From Clostridia bacterium (GTDB lineage: Bacteria > Bacillota > Clostridia > Christensenellales > Aristaeellaceae): 44,436 nucleotides of DNA. Positions 36,441 through 44,144 of this stretch are shown here, in pieces. The notes beneath the pieces are model-generated. The model was not told where the DNA came from. It worked only from the letters and a program-made list of their open reading frames with translations, and did no database searches. Both the position numbers and the translations under genes were made by a program. Each line of letters begins with the position of its first letter. The first letter of the stretch is position 1. The stretch is taken from NCBI GenBank assembly GCA_017460325.1, contig JAFUBF010000482.1, positions 1-44,436 of the forward strand, in the 5' to 3' direction.

Positions 36441-37230
36441 ACAGGGCTTCCTTCTCCAGTGTTTCATCGGTCAGAACGGAAAGGGCATCCAGAAGATAGG
36501 TTCGGAAACTGGCATTACCCTCTGTGGGGGATAGCCGCCGGGCGGCCCATTGGCCGCAGATCCCGTGGGCGCAGACGGCGGCCAGGGCAGCGATGAGCGG
36601 GCTTTCCGGACAGGCAGCCAGGTACGCGCCGGTCAGGGCGGAGAGCATACAGCCGGTCCCGGTGACAAGGCGCATCATGGGGGTTCCGTTCCGGACCAGG
36701 TAGAGGGTGGTGCCGTCGGTGACAATGTCCTCGGCGCCGCTCACGACGACGACCGCCTTTCGCTGCTGCGCCACGCGGCGGGCCATGTGGATGATCCCCT
36801 CTGCCTCGTGTTCCGGGGCGTCGACGCCGCCCGGTACGGGCCTGTCGGTATACAGGACCTCCAGTTCTCCGGCGTTTCCGCGGATCACGGTGACGGGAAC
36901 GGTGTCAAGAATGCGCCTCGCCGCCGCCCGCCTGAACGAGGAGGCACCGACGCCCACCGGATCGAAGACGATGGGGTGACCCAATTGACCGGCTCTTTGC
37001 CCGGCCAGACACATGGCCTCAATCTTTCCGGTACTGGGTGTTCCGAGGTTCAGTACCAGTCCGTCGCAGCCCGAGGTAATCTCGCTGACTTCCTCCGGCG
37101 CCTCCGCCATAATGGGCGAGGCGCCGCAGCCGAGCAGCAGATTGGCGCAGTCGTTGGAGGTGACGTGATTGTCAATGCAGTGAATCAGTGGATGTCGGGC
37201 CCGGTTTCGGACAATGATACGGTTAAACAT
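36424..37230 (-). CDS. thiM: Hydroxyethylthiazole kinase
   Basis: PLIHCIDNHVTSNDCANLLLGCGASPIMAEAPEEV and VTGTGCMLSALTGAYLA motifs. Confidence 0.9.
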   Translation of the reverse strand: MFNRIIVRNRARHPLIHCIDNHVTSNDCANLLLGCGASPIMAEAPEEVSEITSGCDGLVLNLGTPSTGKIEAMCLAGQRAGQLGHPIVFDPVGVGASSFRRAAARRILDTVPVTVIRGNAGELEVLYTDRPVPGGVDAPEHEAEGIIHMARRVAQQRKAVVVVSGAEDIVTDGTTLYLVRNGTPMMRLVTGTGCMLSALTGAYLAACPESPLIAALAAVCAHGICGQWAARRLSPTEGNASFRTYLLDALSVLTDETLEKEALYEKIY

Positions 37231-37239
37231 GCTTTACTC

Positions 37240-37372
37240 CAATAAAAAACAGGCGTCCCTGACGGAACGCCTGCTGGCTCGCGGTTTGCTCCCTACGACG
37301 GCATTATCCGTATCAGGTTAAAGGGTCGAAGGTATCGCCTTCCTCTCAGCGTGCATATACAGCTCCCCTGTC
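37240..37372 (-). promoter_or_regulatory. TPP riboswitch with terminator expression platform (controls thiM-thiE)
   Basis: The minus strand reads AGGGGAGC...GCACGCTGAGAGGAAGGCGATACCTTCGACCCTTTAACCTGATACGGATAATGCCGTCGTAGGGAGC. The terminator follows: CAGGCGT/ACGCCTG (37250-37273) then TTTTTTATT. Confidence 0.92.
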
Positions 37373-37379
37373 AGTGCCA

Positions 37380-37408
37380 AGTATACTCGGGTTCCGGTCG
37401 GCTGTCAA
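37380..37408 (-). promoter_or_regulatory. Sigma-A promoter for the thiM riboswitch transcript
   Basis: On the minus strand: TTGACA (plus-strand TGTCAA at 37403-37408), a 17-nt spacer, then TATACT (plus-strand AGTATA at 37380-37385). Confidence 0.7.
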
Positions 37409-37597
37409 TTCTCAATTTTTGGTCGGCGCATCATCTCTGTCCGCTGAACCGGGCATATGCCCACTGTTTATGTCTGTACCCATACGAAACAGAGATGGTT
37501 CTCCCGTGTCCTGAAATTCCAATCCGAATGGGACTGATCGGCGTAACCGGCAGAGGTGCACGTTATTCCCAATTGACGGGTTTTCGTCCCTGAAGTG

Positions 37598-37626
37598 TTG
37601 ACGAAAAAGGCCGGATTGACTATCAT
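37598..37626 (+). promoter_or_regulatory. Sigma-A promoter candidate for the exopolysaccharide operon
   Basis: TTGACG (37598-37603), a 17-nt spacer, then TATCAT (37621-37626). This leaves a ~100-nt leader before ATG 37732. Confidence 0.55.
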
Positions 37627-37731
37627 AACACTGTAAGCAGCGGCTCTGTCTGCAAGATGATACAGGCAGGGCAGGGGAATGAAAAGAACCGGTCCGAGCG
37701 ACAGACCGGCAGAAGGAGTTGAACCCGGCAG

Positions 37732-39054
37732 ATGGGACTGTATGAGCGACTGATATCCGGTGAGTGCAAACTGGCCGTTATCGGAATGGGATATGTGGGC
37801 ATGCCGCTGGCACTGGCGTTTGCCGAGCACCTGGGGGTGATCGGATTTGATGTCAATCAGCGGAAAATCGAACAGTATCAAAGCGGATTTGATCCGACAA
37901 TGGAGGCGGGAAACGAGAAAATTCGCCGGACAAAAGTGGAATTTACCAGTGATGAAAACCGTCTCTCGGAAGCCGGTTTTTTTGTTGTGGCGGTTCCCAC
38001 CCCCATCTATGATGACAAGAAGCCGGACCTGAGGCCGGTGGAATCCGCCTGCGAGATCGTCGGACGGCACCTGAGTCAGGGGGCCATTGTGGTCTTTGAG
38101 TCGACGGTTTATCCGGGGGTGACCGAGCACGTCTGTGTGCCGATCCTGGAAAAGACGTCGGGGCTTCGCTGCGGGACGGATTTTAAGGTGGGCTATTCGC
38201 CGGAGCGGATCAATCCCGGTGACCGGGTTCACCGCCTTGAAAACATCCGGAAGATCGTTTCGGGCATGGATGAGGAATCCCTTGAGGTCATTCGCCGCAC
38301 GTATGACCTGATCATTGAGGCAGGAACCTACCCGGTATCCAACATCCGGACGGCGGAGGCGATCAAGCTGGTTGAAAACAGCCAGAGGGACATCAACATC
38401 GCTTTCATGAACGAGCTGGCCATGCTGTTCGATCTCATTGACATTGACACCAATGAGGTCGTTGACGGGATGAACACCAAGTGGAATGCGCTGGGATTTC
38501 GTCCCGGTCTGGTGGGCGGTCACTGCATCGGGGTGGACCCCTATTACCTGGTCTATGAGGCGGAAAAGCAGCGCTTTACCGATCAGATCGTCATGGCAGC
38601 CAGACGGGTCAATGACGTCATGGGAAAATTCATCGCGCGGGCCACGATCCGTCAGATGTCGCGTGCCGGTCTGGCGCCGAGCCTGGCCAAAGTGGTGATT
38701 CTGGGACTGACCTTTAAGGAGAACTGCCCCGACATCCGGAACACCCGGGTGGTGGATATTATCGACGAACTGAAAGAATACAGTGTTGAGCCCATTGTCT
38801 GTGATCCCCTGGCAGACCCGGAGGAGGTCAGGCGGGAATACGGGATTGAACTGGCGGATCCTTCGGATCTGCACGGCGTGGACTGCCTGATCGTGGCGGT
38901 AGCCCATGACCGGTATAAAGACCTCACCAAAGAGGAGATTCTGGCGTTTTTCGAGGGAAGCAGCAATGCCCGCCATGTGCTGATTGATGTAAAGGGCATA
39001 TACGGGAAACACGAATTTGAGAAGATGGAGAACATGATACTCTGGAGGCTGTAA
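37732..39054 (+). CDS. Nucleotide-sugar 6-dehydrogenase, TviB/WbpO/VipA-like (UDP-GlcNAc or UDP-GalNAc dehydrogenase type)
   Basis: N-terminal Rossmann motif KLAVIGMGYVGMPLALAF. Further blocks are VVAVPTP, YSPERINPGD, VENSQRDINIAFMNEL and GLVGGHCIGVDPYYL. I associate the last block with the TviB-type branch rather than Ugd (GGSCFPKD). Confidence 0.8.
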   Translation: MGLYERLISGECKLAVIGMGYVGMPLALAFAEHLGVIGFDVNQRKIEQYQSGFDPTMEAGNEKIRRTKVEFTSDENRLSEAGFFVVAVPTPIYDDKKPDLRPVESACEIVGRHLSQGAIVVFESTVYPGVTEHVCVPILEKTSGLRCGTDFKVGYSPERINPGDRVHRLENIRKIVSGMDEESLEVIRRTYDLIIEAGTYPVSNIRTAEAIKLVENSQRDINIAFMNELAMLFDLIDIDTNEVVDGMNTKWNALGFRPGLVGGHCIGVDPYYLVYEAEKQRFTDQIVMAARRVNDVMGKFIARATIRQMSRAGLAPSLAKVVILGLTFKENCPDIRNTRVVDIIDELKEYSVEPIVCDPLADPEEVRREYGIELADPSDLHGVDCLIVAVAHDRYKDLTKEEILAFFEGSSNARHVLIDVKGIYGKHEFEKMENMILWRL

Positions 39055-39071
39055 CTCCGGCGAGGTGGACA

Positions 39072-39965
39072 ATGAGCAATCTGAACGGACTGGCGAGTCA
39101 GGAGAACTTTGAAAAATTCCGCAGACAGTGGGTCGGGCTCACCATGGAGGAGGCCGGCAAGTGGACCATGAACGCGGATACACAGGCGCTGCTGACCGAG
39201 GCGGTGCTGGCCACATTGCGCCAGGAATACGCCGGCCGTGTCCCCTCGGGAAACATGACCTATTTCATCCGCGCCCAGGCCTGCCTGATCTTCAGTATCA
39301 CCGGCGACAGCCCGAAGCGGCTGCGGGAATACATCGAGAGCCACGGCCTCGCGGACAGCATGCCTGTACCGGCCCCGGTGAGGACCGGAGTGCCCCGAAA
39401 TGAACAGAAGGCCGAACCCGTGAGCCGCTTGTCCGGGGATGGGACCGGCGCTTTGCACCGGCGCCGCCGGACCGGTGAGGCGGGAAGCCGTTACGGAAGC
39501 CCGGTTGCATCCATTGGGACGGAGGGGCTGGATTCCTTCCGGCCAGTAACCTCTGTCGGTGCGGAACATTCGCCGCCTTCCCGGGAATCCGGGGAAGGAA
39601 CCGTGCCAGGCACCCCGGCAATGCCCGTAACGGCAGAGGCGCAAATGCCGGTCACCGAAAAAACGGAGGCACCTGTGCCGGCCGAATCTGTGACTGATGC
39701 ACCGGTCCCCCCGGCAACAGCCAGGCCTGCGGCGAGACGGGAGGCGGACACCTTCTATGATCCGGAGCGGACACAGTTCTGGACGCCGGGACCGCTGGAG
39801 GAAACCGAACATGTGGTGCAGGAACTGTCCCTTCCGGACGAGGAGGTGACGGATCCGCCGTCGCCCCGGCTTTCCCTCATCAATACATGTCTCTTTATTG
39901 CCATGATTGCGTCCTTTATTTTCATGGTGTATGAATCCCGGGTGATTCAGCATTATCTTCTGTGA
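39072..39965 (+). CDS. Hypothetical tail-anchored protein with Pro/Ala/Glu-rich linker
   Basis: GAGGTGG RBS. It has an N-terminal ~95-aa globular region, a low-complexity middle (PVPAPVRTGVP...PAMPVTAEAQMPVTEKTEAPVPAESVTDAPVPPATARP) and a single C-terminal TM segment (LSLINTCLFIAMIASFIFMVY). Confidence 0.6.
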   Translation: MSNLNGLASQENFEKFRRQWVGLTMEEAGKWTMNADTQALLTEAVLATLRQEYAGRVPSGNMTYFIRAQACLIFSITGDSPKRLREYIESHGLADSMPVPAPVRTGVPRNEQKAEPVSRLSGDGTGALHRRRRTGEAGSRYGSPVASIGTEGLDSFRPVTSVGAEHSPPSRESGEGTVPGTPAMPVTAEAQMPVTEKTEAPVPAESVTDAPVPPATARPAARREADTFYDPERTQFWTPGPLEETEHVVQELSLPDEEVTDPPSPRLSLINTCLFIAMIASFIFMVYESRVIQHYLL

Positions 39966-39973
39966 GGTTGAGC

Positions 39974-40732
39974 ATGGACAGACAGAAAGAATTCAAAAAG
40001 TTTCTCGGACGGTATAAGGCCTCTGAGGTCGACCGGTATCTGCTTGAACTGGGGCAGGAAAGGGCAACACAGGAGGCAAAGCTGGACAGTTTGCGGCGTG
40101 CGGCTGAGCAGGAAAGCCAGTCGCTTCGGGCGCAGGCGGAAAAGGAGCGGCAGGAAAAAGCGCTGCTTGAGGAAAAGCTGGGTCAGGCGGCGGAGGAGCG
40201 GCGGCTGGATCAGATGAATGCCGAGATGCTGCGCAAGGAGATCCGGACGCTTGAAAAGCGTCTTGCGGATGCCAAAGAGGAAAACCGGGCCTGTGTTTCG
40301 GAAAACAGACGGCTGAAGGCAGATCTGGAGGAGGCGCGGCACAGGCAGGAATCTGTGCAGGAGGAGCTCAGCTTTGCCCAGCTTCAGGCTGAGCAGCTGG
40401 GGCAGAGAGCCGCCAGCCAGCGGATGGAAATTGAACGCCTTGAGAAGATGATTGAGGCGAATCCCGTTGGGGATGCCAATCTGAAGGCACAGAAAATCGT
40501 CCAGGAGGCGGTGGATACCAGCCAGAAAATGCTGGACGATGCGGAAAATGTCCGCTCACAGGCCACGGCGGCGGTCCGTGCCGCGTACTTCAATGCCATG
40601 GGATTCCGGCAGGTGATTGAGGAGCGCTTTGTGAACCTCCAGCATGAGCTGGACAAGTCCATGGGCTCGCTTCGGATGCTGCAGTCACCGGGGAGCTATC
40701 CTGTGTATGTTTCCGGAGAGAACGATGAATAA
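39974..40732 (+). CDS. DivIVA-domain coiled-coil protein
   Basis: The N-terminal FKKFLGRYKASEVDRYLLEL fits the DivIVA motif (F..x.rGY...EVD.fL). About 200 aa of coiled coil follow. ATG 39974 is preferred over 39962. Confidence 0.65.
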   Translation: MDRQKEFKKFLGRYKASEVDRYLLELGQERATQEAKLDSLRRAAEQESQSLRAQAEKERQEKALLEEKLGQAAEERRLDQMNAEMLRKEIRTLEKRLADAKEENRACVSENRRLKADLEEARHRQESVQEELSFAQLQAEQLGQRAASQRMEIERLEKMIEANPVGDANLKAQKIVQEAVDTSQKMLDDAENVRSQATAAVRAAYFNAMGFRQVIEERFVNLQHELDKSMGSLRMLQSPGSYPVYVSGENDE

Positions 40733-42281
40733 CAGATGGGTATTGCTGCTGCTTTTGCTGGGGCTCCTGGCTGTGCTGTCCGGCTGTTCCGCGTTTTCGC
40801 GGAAGGCGGAGGTCACCCCTGAGCCGGAGGTGAAGACGGTGACCCCGACCCCCATGCCCCGGATTGATGCCAGCCCTGCCAAGCTTCTCAGTGGCGTGGA
40901 GACGGACAGGAAGGTTGTGGCCCTGATCTTTGAGGGGTATACGGATGACCTGACGGTGGAGGCCATTGCTGGCGCCCTTCAGGACCGCCATGTGCCCTCG
41001 ACGTTCTTTGTTTCGGGCGTCACGGCAGATGAGCATGGAGAGCTGCTGAAAAAGGTGGCCGAAATGGGCTTCGGCATCGGGAATTACGGTATGAGCGGGG
41101 CGAAAAAGCTGGAACGGCTTCCGGCCTATCAGAACGCGGAACAGTTTAAAAAGACCCAGGACCTGATCACCCGTGCCGCCGGCATTCGACCGACCTATAT
41201 CCGCTGCAACGGAACCGTCTATACCGAGGATGTCCTTCGGGCGGTGACGGCCGGCGGGCTGGAGGTGGCGGTTGAGCCCAGTGCGTACCTGAATCACCGC
41301 AGTTTCAAAACCGAGGCGGATGCCGGCCTGTACACTCAGTCCGTGATCCTGGGCAGCATCATTTCGGTCAAGCTGGGACAGGAACTGGACAAGGACGAGT
41401 TCGGCGAAGTGGAAGATGAACTGGATGAGCGTCCCGCCATTGATCCCAGCCCCGGGATCCGCCGGGACTGGGAGGCCACGGATGAACGGTTTGTGGATCG
41501 TCCCAAGATGGTCGGCTGGCTGGTGGACCAGCTGCGGAAGGCCGGGATCACACTGGTGAGTCTTGATGAACTGGAGGCCAGCCGGGTGACCCTGCTTGAA
41601 AAAAGGCGTGAACTCAACGAAGAGGAAAAGGAGCTCCTGACCTACCGAAAGGGCGCCCTTCCGCTGACGGAGGAGCCGCTGAGTGCCGGACAGTTCCGGG
41701 CCGGATCCCAGGAGGATTTCGCCGGTGCCGTCTTTGTGGGGGACTCTGTCATGGCCGGTGTCGGGGACTATGTGCAGTGGCGGCGGCAGATTAATCCGTC
41801 CTACCTCTCCGACGCGGTTTTCCTGACGGAAAACAACATGACGGTGGAATCGCTTCTCGCGGAGACGAATCCCATCGAGGACCGGCTGGCTGAGATGGGG
41901 GCCCGGAGTGTCTGGCTGTGCCTCGGCTTTACAAGCCCGGAGGGATACAGGCGGGAGGCCTACCTGCTCAACTATCGCCTGCTGGTGTACCGTATCCGGC
42001 AGAAAAATCCGGGAATCCGGGTGATCGTGATGAGCATTCCGCCCCGGCTGGAGGGCTATGCGGGCGTTGGAAATGAGCAGCGGTTCCGGTTGAATCAGAT
42101 GCTTTGCGGCATGGCGAAGATGTACGGGCTGGGATTTGTGGATGCGGCGTATCCCCTGCGGGACCGGACGGGGGCGCTTGAGGCATCCTACTGTCTGGAT
42201 GCGGTGACCTATGGGCGGCATCTCAATGATGCCGGCTGTGAGACACTCCTGTCCTTTGTCCAGATGCACATGCCGGAGTAG
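40725..42281 (+). CDS. Lipoprotein with NodB-like (polysaccharide deacetylase fold) N-domain and SGNH/GDSL-type C-domain
   Basis: ATG 40725 overlaps the upstream stop (ATGAATAA), and the lipobox is LAVLSGC. NodB-like blocks are VVALIFEGYTDD, STFFVSG and GFGIGNYGMSG. The SGNH block I is AVFVGDSVMAG (GDS at 41739-41747), with a C-terminal GRHLNDAG. Confidence 0.65.
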   Translation: MNNRWVLLLLLLGLLAVLSGCSAFSRKAEVTPEPEVKTVTPTPMPRIDASPAKLLSGVETDRKVVALIFEGYTDDLTVEAIAGALQDRHVPSTFFVSGVTADEHGELLKKVAEMGFGIGNYGMSGAKKLERLPAYQNAEQFKKTQDLITRAAGIRPTYIRCNGTVYTEDVLRAVTAGGLEVAVEPSAYLNHRSFKTEADAGLYTQSVILGSIISVKLGQELDKDEFGEVEDELDERPAIDPSPGIRRDWEATDERFVDRPKMVGWLVDQLRKAGITLVSLDELEASRVTLLEKRRELNEEEKELLTYRKGALPLTEEPLSAGQFRAGSQEDFAGAVFVGDSVMAGVGDYVQWRRQINPSYLSDAVFLTENNMTVESLLAETNPIEDRLAEMGARSVWLCLGFTSPEGYRREAYLLNYRLLVYRIRQKNPGIRVIVMSIPPRLEGYAGVGNEQRFRLNQMLCGMAKMYGLGFVDAAYPLRDRTGALEASYCLDAVTYGRHLNDAGCETLLSFVQMHMPE

Positions 42282-42320
42282 GTGAGGCGCGGATGGGGCC
42301 TGAAAAACAGAGGAAGTCAT

Positions 42321-44144
42321 ATGAAGAATAAGAAGGTTATTGAGGACCGCATCCTGGAGGCGCAGGGCGACCGCCGGCTGATGCCCAATGTCCCGGATCC
42401 GTCCAACCGCCGCAGTAATCATGACCGGCGGGACAATAAGTCGGACGATGATTCCAGGCCGCAGTATGCCACCTATGCCGGGCAGCGGTTCAGTGTTCAC
42501 GTCAAAACACGGGTGCTGCTGGACAACGGGAAAAGCTTTGAGGGGAACACCATCGATATCTCGCAGACCGGCATGATGCTCCATGTTCCCGAGGCCATGC
42601 GGTCCCTTCCTTTTGAGAAGGAACAGCACCTCCGCCTGACCTTCCGGCTGCAGGAGGGGGATCTGCAGGAGGGAACGGAGAAGAAATACAAGAAGATCTC
42701 CGCCAAGATCATGCGGGTCATCGGGGACGGGGAAAAGCTGGCCATTCAGTTTTCCCATCCCCTCTATGAGGAGCGGCGCAAGACGGATGGACTGCTGTTC
42801 ACCCTTTCGGTGCTGTTCCTGTTCCTTTGTACCCTGGTGATCATGTTCATGCGGGTGGAGAGCATTGCGGAGTTTGCCAAAAGCCCGATGCTCTACGGAT
42901 ACAGCATCCTGACGGCCCTGTTCCTTTTGACCCGGTATCTCTTTGGCGTGTTTTACCATCCGGTACCCGTGGACCCGACCTTTACCCCCAGTGTCACGGT
43001 GGTCATTCCCTGCTTCAATGAGGAGGAGTGGATCCGCACTACCATTCTCAAGTGTGTCGACCAGGATTACCCGGTGGACCGGCTGGAATTCATCATTGTG
43101 GACGACGGGTCCTCCGACAATTCGGTGGAGGTCATCAAGAAAACCGTGGAGGACCTCCGAAAGGAAGGTCCGCAGTACGATATCGAGAACCGGGTCCGGG
43201 TCTTTTTCCAGAACTATAATCAGGGCAAGCGTGAGGCCATGGGCATCGGCATCCGGAACTGCCGGACCGAGCTCATCGTCTTCGTGGATTCGGACAGTTT
43301 CCTGCAGCCCAATGCCATTCGCTGTCTGGTGCAGCCCATGCGGGATCCCCAGACGGCGGGGGTGGCGGGGAGAACGGATGTGGCCAACATCTATACGAAT
43401 CACCTGACCAAAATGCAGGCAGTCCGCTATTACATCTCGTTCCGCGTGATGAAGGCGGCGGAGGCTTATTTCGATTCCGTCATGTGCCTGAGCGGTCCGC
43501 TTTCCTGTTACCGGATTTCGGCGGTCCGTGAGGTGTTTGACAAGTGGATCAACCAGAAATTCCTCGGTCAGAAGGCGACGTTCGGGGATGACCGGAGCCT
43601 GACCAATTATGTGGTGGAAAACCACCGGACTTACTACCAGGACACGGCCATCTGCTCCACCATCGTGCCCAACCGGCACCGCCAGTTCCTCCGCCAGCAG
43701 ATGCGCTGGAAGCGGTCCTGGCTTCGGGAGTCGCTGCGGGCGGGGCGCTTCATCTGGCGCAAGCAGCCCTTCATGTCCTTTTTCTTCTATCTCGGGCTGC
43801 TGGTGCCGCTGATTGCCCCCATCATCGTCCTTTACAACGTGGTCTATGTGCCCCTTACTCAGGGGGTCTTTCCGACGACGTTCCTGCTGGGCCTGCTCAT
43901 GATGTCTTTCATGATGTGCTTTGCCCAGCTGATTCTGAAAAAGAGTACACTCTGGATTTACGGTCTCCTGTTCTGTCTGTATTACGAGTTTTTCCTCCTC
44001 TGGCAGATGCCCTGGGCCTGGGTCACGTTCTGGGTCAATGACTGGGGCACCCGCGGCAAGGGCAAGAAACGCGTGGCAAAGAAGGCGGAGACCGGACAGA
44101 ATCCGGGCAGTACCTCGCAGGCAGGGGTGACGGCAAATGGATGA
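42321..44144 (+). CDS. Class I hyaluronan-synthase-like processive GT2 glycosyltransferase with N-terminal PilZ-like domain
   Basis: GAGGAAG RBS. The N-terminal ~165 aa form a PilZ-like region with DISQTG (42555-42572). The remainder aligns by eye along streptococcal HasA: VVIPCFNEEE, IIVDDGSSDNS, QGKREA, FVDSDSFLQPNA, LSGPLSCYR, FGDDRSLTNY (GDDR at 43584-43595), QQMRWKRSWLRES (QMRW at 43698-43709) and a C-terminal DWGTRGKGKK. Confidence 0.85.
   Translation: MKNKKVIEDRILEAQGDRRLMPNVPDPSNRRSNHDRRDNKSDDDSRPQYATYAGQRFSVHVKTRVLLDNGKSFEGNTIDISQTGMMLHVPEAMRSLPFEKEQHLRLTFRLQEGDLQEGTEKKYKKISAKIMRVIGDGEKLAIQFSHPLYEERRKTDGLLFTLSVLFLFLCTLVIMFMRVESIAEFAKSPMLYGYSILTALFLLTRYLFGVFYHPVPVDPTFTPSVTVVIPCFNEEEWIRTTILKCVDQDYPVDRLEFIIVDDGSSDNSVEVIKKTVEDLRKEGPQYDIENRVRVFFQNYNQGKREAMGIGIRNCRTELIVFVDSDSFLQPNAIRCLVQPMRDPQTAGVAGRTDVANIYTNHLTKMQAVRYYISFRVMKAAEAYFDSVMCLSGPLSCYRISAVREVFDKWINQKFLGQKATFGDDRSLTNYVVENHRTYYQDTAICSTIVPNRHRQFLRQQMRWKRSWLRESLRAGRFIWRKQPFMSFFFYLGLLVPLIAPIIVLYNVVYVPLTQGVFPTTFLLGLLMMSFMMCFAQLILKKSTLWIYGLLFCLYYEFFLLWQMPWAWVTFWVNDWGTRGKGKKRVAKKAETGQNPGSTSQAGVTANG

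Noticed and set aside
37633-37731. Possible c-di-GMP riboswitch in the EPS operon leader
   Set aside because: I looked for GEMM-I/II signatures (GCAAA...GGCAAACC...GGGACGCAAAGCC type) and found none. Only a simple CCGGTC/GACCGG hairpin is present.
37468-39953. Minus-strand ORFs of 534 aa (37468-39072) and 433 aa (38652-39953)
   Set aside because: They are antisense to the TviB-like dehydrogenase and the following gene. They are low-complexity and Arg/Pro/Gly/His-rich.
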